NCBI GenBank assembly: GCA_963762565.1
Contig: CAVXLD010000012.1
Span: 32,001-96,000, forward strand
Length of the DNA: 64,000 nt
Direction: 5' to 3'
From: an uncultured Verrucomicrobiae bacterium
GTDB taxonomy: Bacteria; Verrucomicrobiota; Verrucomicrobiia; Chthoniobacterales; JAFAMB01
Below are positions 20,379-29,045 of this stretch, piece by piece. The position numbers and the translations under genes were made by a program. Numbering within the stretch: the stretch's first letter is position 1; each line of letters opens with the position of its first letter. Below the pieces are notes generated by a model, which was not told the origin of the DNA, ran no database searches, and saw only the letters and a list, made by a program, of their open reading frames with translations.

Positions 20379-21650
20379 TTAGTTTCGCGGGATGAAAAGA
20401 AGAGCACTTCGTTCAGGCGAACTCCCACAAGGCCCACCACCGCCACCACCGCCAACCCAAGCAGACCTTCCTCCTGAATCCTGCTTCCTTGTTATGCCTC
20501 GGATCAGCGGAACGTTAATTAGAATACTGGTAAGGCTCGACAGGATGATCCCATTACCGCCGGTCGCCGCGGATATTCCATGGTAAGCAATCAGCGTCGC
20601 CGCTAACGCAATAGAGGAGGCACTCGAAAGTAGGCCTCCCGCCGCGCTGACAAAGTAAAAACTCGGCGGTCCAAAATTCCGTTGAGCAAGAGCGCCAACG
20701 ACGTTGAGCGCCAGAAAAACCAGGCGACTTAAGGGCTGCGGAAAGCTTAAAAGGCGACTTAGAGCAACGCGGCCGTTTCTCCTGAACTGGCGTCTGTTGG
20801 GTAACGCCGCCACAATACCGCGCTGGCTAGTAGCATCAGGGTCAGCGGTATGCGCATGCCGTAGCCGCTTGTGAAGCCAAGACAATAACGATCAAACCGT
20901 TGTGCAGGACCATTGCCCCGGTCGCCAGCATGATCCCGCGATAGACCGATCGTTGTAGCGGCGCACCACTTCTTTCAGGCGAGTGGTCAGCTCGACTACT
21001 ACCTTCCGACTATTGACCAGGCCACCAAAGAACGCCGTGATCTCCATTCCCCGCGGCCAAAGCAATCATCAAGATGTAACTAACGATCCCAATTCCCGCG
21101 ATAATGATTACGCTGGCCCAGTTTGATTGCGGTTCGATCAGTCCCCATGGATCGACCGCATGGAGGGTAGGACCGAAAAATGACAAGTGTTAGGATCGCC
21201 AAGAGGATTGCCGAGCGGAGCTCTTTGTCGGACAACCCCCTCAGCCCCCCGAGATTGGCTGTTTCCAAACAAGCAGTGCGGCTTGACGACGCCAACCACA
21301 AGGGAGTGAAAACGTGACCTTGACCACAAAGGATTCCAGCAAATCCACCCAGTGTTAAAGCGGTTGAGGTCGTTAAGGCTAACGCTTTCTGCAACACCAT
21401 TTGCCGGTAGTTCTCCATGAGCCGCCATCGCCACAAAGCCCAATGCGATCGTGGAGAACATCGCCGATAAAACCTCCCAAGCATCCGAGCAAAGCCGTAA
21501 GGGCAAAAGTTCTTACGCCGTTCTTACCGCTGCGCTCGCGCTCCAGACCGATAAACAAGCCGATGGCGACCGCTAGGCCAGTCGGGTCAGAATCGGGACA
21601 AACGGCCAGTGCGACACCTGCCATAATTCGAAGCTGCATCTTGAGCAGTT
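20379..21650 (-). pseudogene. MgtC/SapB family membrane protein with DUF4010, multiply frameshifted
   Basis: IGLFIGLERE..GVRTFAL, LTTSTAL, ELRSAILLAILTLVI, AFFGGLVNS; boundaries approximate. Confidence 0.75.
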
Positions 21651-21767
21651 CCCATCGTTGTACTCCAAACAGCGAACGTAAGGCTCTGGACCGGGAAGTC
21701 AGAGACAACAACTTTAAAATCGCATTACGAAGGACGCGTATGGTAGCATCAAGGCGATCTTTGAGGA

Positions 21768-22195
21768 ATGGCGAATCAGAAACAAACCACATTTAATCCA
21801 AAGAAGGAGGTCTCCGTGATGGCATGGATTGAGAACGACGAAGGCGATGTCTTGCTGGTTCGGCAGACAGCCGGACAAAAGCTTTGGACGCTGCCAGGGG
21901 AAAGGTCAAGCGAAACGAATCGCTTGAGCGTGCCCTAAAGCGCGAGATCCGAGAAGAGACCGGACTCAGGGTTGTAGCAGTTCGTTATCGGCAGATGTAT
22001 GACCGACCCAAGCGCGGAGCAATGACTATCTTGTTCGCAGTCTCCGTGAAAAGGAACCCTACCCGAACATATTTTCCGACTCGTGAAATCGCCGATCTTG
22101 GTTTCTTCGATCGTTTGCCCGCTAACGCCACGCCGTCGGCTAAATTCTTTTGGAAGGCAGAATATTCGGGGAAGCATTTCCACCCTCCAGGTTAA
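21768..22195 (+). CDS. NUDIX hydrolase (one frameshift in G-run at ~21900)
   Basis: VLLVRQ..LWTLPG/GKVKRNESLERALKREIREETGL Nudix box. Confidence 0.85.
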
Positions 22196-22717
22196 CACCT
22201 TAAAGACCACATCTCTTTACGGACCAACTGCCTTGGTTTCAAGACGTCGGCAGCAGGTCTTTTCAGTTCCTCCCCTAACCGCTTCTCAGCTTGGAGAAAA
22301 GACTTTCTCCCCGTCGAGCCCCAAAGCGGTCTCTCCTTCCTCTTTCTCCTAGGACGAACCAGGTTCGCCTAATACCACTCCTGTACCAAGTGTCTGGCCA
22401 TCGCCAGATTTACTTCCGCCCCGCGGAGGCCTCTCCAGCGCAAGAGTGCCGTCTACGGCTTAAACAGCAGGCTCCCACTCTCTCGGCAAGCCTCGGGGGT
22501 CCCCTCTACTTAAATCCTCAACCCGTCTCGTTCCTCGCGGCTCTTGCGCCTTCCAGGCTTCTTCCGCGGGTCGCTCTGCTAGCGCTTCGCTTTCGGTTCG
22601 AAAAATATGCCCAGCATAGTTTTTCGACCGAAACCGAACGTCGAAAAAACTCCGGCAGCTCCCAAAGCCTCGCCTCTCTGCTGCGGCTCACAGAACCAAC
22701 TAACCAAATCGACTAAC

Positions 22718-23110
22718 ATGAGTACAGCGTAAGACAATCACTCCACCAGATCAACAGTCCCTGGAACGGTAGCAATTTCTGATGATGAAATGCGCCGTTT
22801 TGCTCCGAGTGTTTTCGCTTCCCAACCAATCGAAGGCGTTTCGGAAAGGTACAGTTTCCTTCCTACTTCCTCCATTCTCAACGGGATGCGCGAAAATGAT
22901 TGGGTTCCCGTACGCGCACAAGAGCAGAGCACTCGAACGGAAGCGCGGCGCGGCTTCCAGAAACACGTTGTCCGGTTTGCTCGGGTTGAGCATCTCCAGA
23001 ACCTGGGAAAAGAACCAAGTCCGGCCCGAGGTCGTTCTTGTGAACAGTCACGATAAAAGCAGCGCTTACCAGCTTCATTGCGGTCTGTTTCGGTTGGTGC
23101 GCACCAACAA
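22718..23110 (+). pseudogene. DUF932/DUF945 family protein, truncated
   Basis: MRRFAPSVFA..SERYSFLPT..GFQKHVVRF, then PEVVLVNSHDKSSAYQLHCGLFRLV; early stop and C-terminus missing. Confidence 0.8.
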
Positions 23111-23425
23111 AGATTCGGTGACACGAGGCACATAGCCACAAGTGTGAATGCGCTGACGGGAAGCCGTCTTGAGTTTGGCTACACAAACATGACGGCAGAA
23201 TTTTTTGTCGAACCTGCTTTGTGCAAGGGGTCTAAACTGATCTTTAAAACTTTTAAGGGCGAGGCGTGAAATTCAAGTTGCTAAGACGCCAATCGGATTA
23301 AGCTGACGATTAAGCAGAAAATCTCGTCCTGATTTTAGGGTGTCTGCTGGGATCAAATTACCTCCACTGTCTGCCTAAAACCGCACGAAGAACGCAGAGC
23401 CCTGCGATTCGGTCGCGCTATCTCT

Positions 23426-24085
23426 TCATCCCTTGCATTTCCACACCGCAATGCCGGTTTCTGAATCTAACACAATGTGATTCGGAATAGCGGCTCCTAG
23501 TCGTTGCCCGGCGCTAAGCAAAAGGGCGTTGTTAGAGCGGCGAGAAAAGCCGTTGGGCCCGTGGTAATGGCCAAAGTGAACAAAATCCGGTTGAGCTTTG
23601 GAAATCATCGCCTGAGCCCGGCCTGGATCATGAATTAACAAAAGCCACGGTATAATGCGTTCAGCTTTCAAACGTTGGCCTTCTTCGATCACAGCATGTT
23701 CTCGCTCAATCGACGATGAAAAAGGGATTGTCGTCACGATGAGTTGTTCGCCGATGCATCGTGTTTGCCCGTCGCCCACAAAGCCGAGCGCATCACCAAT
23801 TTCTTCCAACCAAGACGCCGCATAGCAGGTCTCCCCGCCTTCTACTAATGGCGGTAACACCTCAATCTGATCGTGGTTCCCGGAACAAACAGCTAAGGAA
23901 GTTTTCTGCGTAAGTCGGCGCCAGAATTCTTTTACAAGGACCAGTTGGTCTTCGATCGGGACTTTGCTGAAGATGTTGAGTAGGTCCCCGGCGATCGAGA
24001 CTAACTCATATTTGCTGGCCTCGTCTTCCAACCAACGGAACCAATCCTCCTTATAGTGCAGGTCCGCGGTGAGCAGGATTTTCAT
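23426..24085 (-). CDS. Calcineurin-like metallophosphoesterase
   Basis: ADLH, AGDL, SGNHD, LIH, FGHYH motifs. Confidence 0.88.
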   Translation of the reverse strand: MKILLTADLHYKEDWFRWLEDEASKYELVSIAGDLLNIFSKVPIEDQLVLVKEFWRRLTQKTSLAVCSGNHDQIEVLPPLVEGGETCYAASWLEEIGDALGFVGDGQTRCIGEQLIVTTIPFSSSIEREHAVIEEGQRLKAERIIPWLLLIHDPGRAQAMISKAQPDFVHFGHYHGPNGFSRRSNNALLLSAGQRLGAAIPNHIVLDSETGIAVWKCKG

Positions 24086-24164
24086 GTTGATTCGAGATCC
24101 TCTTCTCTACGGCAGGGCGGCAACCAATTACGCCAAAAAGGGCTAGTTTGGTAGCCCCAAGGAT

Positions 24165-24419
24165 TTATAACCAGTTTAGATCGTCTTGTCTGCTTTTGAT
24201 AAACTCGCTTGCTCTTCCTTTGGCGGCATCACCATTTTTGACGGAGAGGGTTATAGTCAGTGGATCCATCCCCTGACGAACTACGGCCAGACGTTGCTGG
24301 CTGACCAATTGGAGAACCTCAGCCAACACCGCTGGCGGTCCGGCTATTTCCGCGGTCGCAACCGGGTGAAGCAACACACCTTGTCTTCTTCCAAGAGAGC
24401 CCCATGCAGATACGAACAA
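24165..24419 (-). CDS. Small hypothetical protein between integrase and phosphoesterase
   Basis: 84-codon ORF co-oriented with both neighbours; no recognised motif. Confidence 0.3.
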   Translation of the reverse strand: MFVSAWGSLGRRQGVLLHPVATAEIAGPPAVLAEVLQLVSQQRLAVVRQGMDPLTITLSVKNGDAAKGRASEFIKSRQDDLNWL

Positions 24420-24767
24420 GTCACCGTCTGAAACGATTCGCTAAGCGTCTTATTACTTATGTGCACTTATTATCACTTATGATCGCTTCCCCAATCGAGA
24501 ATAGGAGCCGAGTGATAATATGTAACCATAAGTAACCATATTCTGATTACATATGATTACTTCTTGGAGATACCGTCTCAACTTAATCCGCAAGGATTAG
24601 GGGAGACGTCTGTTAGAGCAAAAATGGCGACCGGAAAATGTATCTACTCGAAAAATGTGGGCGGACACTTTGTGTGTTCGCGAGCGTGCGGGACTTGCGC
24701 CCAGCGGCGTTTTTGAGCGATCCGGGTATGCTGAGGATAGTGGAGTCACGGTCAGCAGCCAGCGCAT

Positions 24768-25907
24768 TTAGACCGCAGGAAGAGCCTCAGTTGCCTTCTG
24801 GAGCGCGTCGCGACCAACCGATACGTAAAGCTCATGCATCGCTTCGCTATCGTGCCCGATGAGCGCTTGCGCTACAGCCGCGGGGACACCGGCCTCGTGG
24901 AGCATCGTCGTCGCGGTCCTACGTAGACTGTGAAATGACAGGGGTTCAACGTCTCTCCTGGATTGTCGACCTTTCCCGGCGCTTTTGTGATTCTTCTTTT
25001 CCCGCAATCCAGCGGCTGCAAGCAGATCGGCGAATTGATTGCTGAGATTGCCAGTTTTGTGCTGGCGCTCGACCAAATCAAAAGCTTTCGGGTGGATGGG
25101 CGCTGCTGGATCGTCTGTGACATCCAAGGACGCGATATGCTTTCGAAGAGTCGCCGCCAGCGGAAGAATCATCGTCTTTCCGGTCTTCCGGGTTGAAAGA
25201 CGCAGCTCGTTGCGCAGCAAATCGAGATTGTTCCAACGCAACGTTGCGACATCTCCCAATCGCTGGCCGGAGTAGAGTCCGAAAAGGATCATCGAGCGCC
25301 ATTCATCACTGGCTAGGTCTAAAATGCTGCGTAGTTCCGTCAGGGTAAATGGGCGTTTAATTTTCGATGCTCGTTCCCTCCTAACTGGCTCAACGAATTC
25401 GGTAGGATCTTCCGTGATGACGCTATCTCGCCGGGCGCTCTTAAACATCATTTTGAGAGCTTTAAGATCATGGTTCGCGGTCTTCGCCGAGACTTGCTTG
25501 GTCAACGAATTTCGGTAAGCCACAACATCTTGCTTTGTGATCTCGCGGATGGGCTCATCCACCCGACCGCCAAGAAACTCCACAAATTTGTGCAGACTGC
25601 CGCGGTAAAAGGTCATCGTGGATCGAGCGGTCTCCGCGACCTTGGCGCTCAGCCAATCGTTTAAGTACTGGCGGAAACTGGTCCGCACGATCTTTTCGCC
25701 GGAGAGCTCTTCGTGCAGTCTCACCAAAACAGCTTGCGCTTGTTTGAGGGTTCGCTTGGTCCGTGCTGCCTTCTCGAATTCATCCGCGAGCTTTTGCGCC
25801 GTCTTGCGGCTTGTCTCTTTCGTGGTGATGCGCCGTTGGCGCCCGTTGTGATCGCGAAAACAGGCTGTGAAATACTTTGATTCCGGATGCTTCCAAATGC
25901 TAGCCAT
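24768..25907 (-). CDS. Tyrosine recombinase / phage integrase
   Basis: MASIWKH.. arm-binding-like N-terminus; catalytic GQRLGD (R), RKTGK (K), FHSLRR (HxxR), IGH and ELY (Y); start ~120 bp from att repeat. Confidence 0.96.
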   Translation of the reverse strand: MASIWKHPESKYFTACFRDHNGRQRRITTKETSRKTAQKLADEFEKAARTKRTLKQAQAVLVRLHEELSGEKIVRTSFRQYLNDWLSAKVAETARSTMTFYRGSLHKFVEFLGGRVDEPIREITKQDVVAYRNSLTKQVSAKTANHDLKALKMMFKSARRDSVITEDPTEFVEPVRRERASKIKRPFTLTELRSILDLASDEWRSMILFGLYSGQRLGDVATLRWNNLDLLRNELRLSTRKTGKTMILPLAATLRKHIASLDVTDDPAAPIHPKAFDLVERQHKTGNLSNQFADLLAAAGLREKKNHKSAGKGRQSRRDVEPLSFHSLRRTATTMLHEAGVPAAVAQALIGHDSEAMHELYVSVGRDALQKATEALPAV

Positions 25908-25910
25908 GCC

Positions 25911-25930
25911 TAATAACATTTCTAATAACA
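25911..25930 (+). promoter_or_regulatory. Putative integrase arm-type sites (right)
   Basis: TAATAACA twice, 12-bp period, immediately upstream of the int start codon. Confidence 0.6.
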
Positions 25931-26025
25931 TCCAGCATCATCCAAAGCAATCCATGTCTTCTATGACTCCGCGAATCCTCTCTGAAAGCACATCTACGGA
26001 CGTCTCTGGATGGATCTTCGGCGAA

Positions 26026-26052
26026 ACAGGGGTTCGACTCCCCTCGCCTCCA
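26026..26052 (+). repeat. att core (displaced ssrA 3' fragment)
   Basis: Exact 27-bp copy of 7464-7490. Confidence 0.95.
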
Positions 26053-26265
26053 GAACTTCGCCCCGTCGTCTCAGGCGCCGGGAGGCTACGTCTGGCAGGC
26101 CAAACTCAGCCGCAGCCCTGACTTTCGAGCTCCAAATAAGGGGCGAAGTCTGTCCGACATAGCCTCCTGGAGTTTCAGACGACAGGGCGACGTCGGACTT
26201 TCGTCGCTGCCACCAGTCCTTGCCATATGTTCGGAGCGGCGACGTTTGGCAGGCCAGACTTCGCA
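26053..26265. repeat. Cluster of TGTCCGACGTAGC...GCGAAGTCGGA-type palindromic elements
   Basis: Inverted copies at ~26053-26101 and 26150-26197 share internal CCTCC..GAGACGAC sequence; a third degenerate copy follows. Confidence 0.7.
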
Positions 26266-26344
26266 ACTACACCAAGCGAACTTTCTTAGGCGGAGTGATT
26301 TTGTTAAGATCAGCGGGCCATCAGACCCTCAATATCGAATTTTA

Positions 26345-26716
26345 ATGTTTCACGTCTACGTCATCGTCTCCGAACGTGCTGCAGACCGTTACTACATCGG
26401 CTTCTCATCCCGCCCCGATGACCGTCTGGCCGAACACAACGGTGGCAAAAATTCATACACCGATGAAAGCCTGCGGTGGCTGCAGTCTGACTACATCGAC
26501 CTTCTGCTGGTTCATTGGCCTCGGGGAGGCGCTTCCATCGAAGAGCAAATCGAAGGCTTAAACCGGGTTGTAGACGCGGGCAAGGTTCGGCATATCGGCG
26601 TGCACAACTATAATGTCGCGATGATGCAGATCGCGGTTAACATTTCGAAACCTCTTTACTTTCGCGTCCCAGTCAATGGTCGCAATGGCTGTCATCTCTT
26701 GGTTTGGTCTTCGTAG
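26345..26716 (+). pseudogene. Chimera: GIY-YIG nuclease N-terminus joined to aldo/keto reductase internal fragment
   Basis: MFHVYVIVSE..RYYIGFS..RLAEHNGGK (GIY-YIG, to ~26461), then DESLRWLQSDYIDLLLVHWP..GKVRHIGVHNY (AKR). Confidence 0.8.
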
Positions 26717-27189
26717 ATGCCCACCATAAGGAGCCATGCGCCCGAAATGAGGAATGCGAATAAAACAATGATTGCGATAGCTGCGATGTAAAGCCCTGCG
26801 TTATATCCGAGAATAAGGAAAATTGCGCCTATAACTTCAGCGAGGTAACAGATTGTGCCGCCCGCAAGCCGCGGCGTGTTCAATCCAATAGAACTCATGC
26901 CCGATCTGATAGCTACAACATAGCCCCTGATGAAGATGCCGGTTGCGATGAGCCAGAGAACAAGCCACTCAAAGCCGAGCACTCCAAGATTTTGATTTCC
27001 CATAAGCGCTAAACTGCACGCCATGAAAACTGCAGTGAAGCCCGTTAGCATGTTAATTGCGCGGTTTTTATGTGTCGTGTTTTGGAGAATGATCTCGTGA
27101 TTGATCGACATCGCGACGAAAATCAAACCTGCAAGTGCCGCCGCGCCGCTGCCCACCATAACAAAAAAGTTATTCCATTGATCCGGCAA
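26692..27189 (-). CDS. Integral membrane protein
   Basis: W-x-x-FF..GSGAAALAGLIFVAMSIN and several hydrophobic helices. Confidence 0.75.
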   Translation of the reverse strand: MPDQWNNFFVMVGSGAAALAGLIFVAMSINHEIILQNTTHKNRAINMLTGFTAVFMACSLALMGNQNLGVLGFEWLVLWLIATGIFIRGYVVAIRSGMSSIGLNTPRLAGGTICYLAEVIGAIFLILGYNAGLYIAAIAIIVLFAFLISGAWLLMVGIYEDQTKR

Positions 27190-27526
27190 ATAAATATTTT
27201 CCCCTCAGTTCTAATTCCAGCACGGGTACGAGCCCTGGACACAGGGTGGCCCACATCTGTTAGCCCTAAATGTTTGGGTGTCCTAGGTCCCGCCTTTGCA
27301 ACCTGGGAACGCTAGCTCATTCGGCCGACTCTCGTCAATCGCCGCAAATGTCTCAATTCGTTACTTGGCCTGATATCCGTCGGCGCAATCGGCGAAAAAA
27401 GCTGCGACCATTGGCCGCCCTCATATTTGGCGCTGGCTGATCCTCTCCCAGCCGATTGGTTTTCTTTGCGGAGCAACCGGAAAGATATTTAGTTGACTGT
27501 CTAGACGCTTATTATATTGTTCGTGC

Positions 27527-28093
27527 ATGTCCCGGCCGAAGAGTGACGAGAAACGCAGTGCCATCCTGGAGGCGGCTACGCGCATAATCGTTACTCAAGG
27601 GTTGAGTGCACCCACGGCAGGCATAGCCAAAGAAGCCGGCGTTGCCAATGGTTCGCTCTTCACCTACTTCGGGACCAAAGCGGAGCTTTTCAACCAGCTC
27701 TACGTTGAGTTGAAGGCAGAAATGGCCTCCGCTACCATGAGGAGCCTTCCGGAGAAAGCTGAATTGCGTGAGCAGATGTTTCACATCTGGCAGAACTGGA
27801 TGAACTGGGCAGTGTCGTTTCCCGAGAAGCGGCGAGCATTGGCTCAGCTCGGCGTATCCGACGAGATCACGCCGGCGACCCGGGCAGCCGCGCACAAGAC
27901 CATGGCAGGAGTCGCCGAGCTCTTGGAACGGACTCGAACAAACGGTCCCATGCGCAGGGTCCCGATGGGTTTCGTTGTCGCCATGATGAACTCAGTGGCG
28001 GAAGCCACCATGGATTTCATGAGTCAGGATTCAACTAACGCGAAGAAGCACTGTAAAGCCGGTTTTGAAGCCCTATGGCGGATGCTGGCCTGA
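27527..28093 (+). CDS. TetR/AcrR family regulator
   Basis: KRSAILEAA..IAKEAGVANGSLFTYFGTKAELF. Confidence 0.93.
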   Translation: MSRPKSDEKRSAILEAATRIIVTQGLSAPTAGIAKEAGVANGSLFTYFGTKAELFNQLYVELKAEMASATMRSLPEKAELREQMFHIWQNWMNWAVSFPEKRRALAQLGVSDEITPATRAAAHKTMAGVAELLERTRTNGPMRRVPMGFVVAMMNSVAEATMDFMSQDSTNAKKHCKAGFEALWRMLA

Positions 28094-28111
28094 TTTTTTT
28101 TGGCGTAGTAA

Positions 28112-28129
28112 TGACTGACTAGACAGACA
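28112..28129. promoter_or_regulatory. Putative TetR operator (second copy at 27494-27511)
   Basis: TGACTGACTAGACAGACA and TGACTGTCTAGACGCTTA both approximate the palindrome TGACTGTCTAGACAGTCA. Confidence 0.6.
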
Positions 28130-28158
28130 ATCAATTTAGCAGAAAGGAAAACGTTTTT

Positions 28159-28905
28159 ATGAAAATCGCAATTATCACAGGTGGAAGTCGAGGGATAGGA
28201 AAAAGCACAGCGCTCAATCTAGCGAAACGGGGTATTGGGGTCATTCTTACCTACAACAGCCATGCGGAGGAAGCAGAAGCTGTTGTAGCGGAAGTTAAAA
28301 AGACCGGTGGAAAGGCCGTAGCGCTTCAGCTGGACGTGACCAGAGTCAAATCGTTTGGGGGTTTCGCAGCCCAAGTTTCGCAAACTCTCGACGAAGATTT
28401 TAGCCAGAAGACCTTCGATTATCTCGTCAATAATGCCGGTATCGCCCAGCGTACTTTGATCAAAGATGTAACCGAAGAACAATTCGATGAGTTAGTAGAT
28501 GTTCATTTCAAGGGTGTCTTTTTCCTTACCCAGAAATTGATCCCGCTAATGTCGGATGGGGGACATGTGATTTTTGTTTCGTCGGCTTTAACCCGTCTCA
28601 CGAGCGGAGCCGGCGTTGCCGTTTACGCTGCGGCAAAGGGCGCCATAGAAGTCATAACGCGATATTTCGCTTCTGAATATGCCAAGCGGAAAATCCGCGC
28701 AAATTGCGTGGCTCCAGGCGCCCTGGACACCGATTTCGCCGGAGGAAGAACGGATGAGCTGAGAAAATTCATCGGCGAGCACACGCTGCTTGGGCGTATT
28801 GGCCTAGCTGATGATATCGGACCTCTGATCGCTGTGCTCCTTTCCGATGATAGTCACTGGGTGAACGCGCAGAGAATTGAAGCCACCGGTGGAACAGCTG
28901 TGTGA
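28159..28905 (+). CDS. SDR family oxidoreductase
   Basis: TGGSRGIG, NNAG, YAAAK. Confidence 0.95.
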   Translation: MKIAIITGGSRGIGKSTALNLAKRGIGVILTYNSHAEEAEAVVAEVKKTGGKAVALQLDVTRVKSFGGFAAQVSQTLDEDFSQKTFDYLVNNAGIAQRTLIKDVTEEQFDELVDVHFKGVFFLTQKLIPLMSDGGHVIFVSSALTRLTSGAGVAVYAAAKGAIEVITRYFASEYAKRKIRANCVAPGALDTDFAGGRTDELRKFIGEHTLLGRIGLADDIGPLIAVLLSDDSHWVNAQRIEATGGTAV

Positions 28906-29045
28906 CCTAAGGCGACGTTTTGTAAGGGGGAGCAGTTCGTCCTTATTCTGCTGAGGGATTATCTTTTAAGCCGGTTCTTCCCTTCCCCGAAAAATCTCCT
29001 CACTTCCCATAAATCCGTAAGGTGCTTCCTTCTCATACATAGGCT

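Larger units (their letters stand above)
7491..26052. mobile_element. ~18.6 kb integrative element inserted in ssrA 3' end
   Basis: 27-bp direct repeats, tyrosine integrase next to the distal repeat, excisionase-like and rep genes, TA system, mosaic decayed cargo. Confidence 0.93.

Noticed and set aside
21890..21905. Programmed frameshift in NUDIX (and in rep)
   Set aside because: Indel errors are common throughout the window and are the simpler explanation
26026..26052. Apparent tRNA gene (GGTTCGACTCCC T-arm)
   Set aside because: Only the 27-bp ssrA 3' fragment; no upstream acceptor, D-arm or anticodon arm
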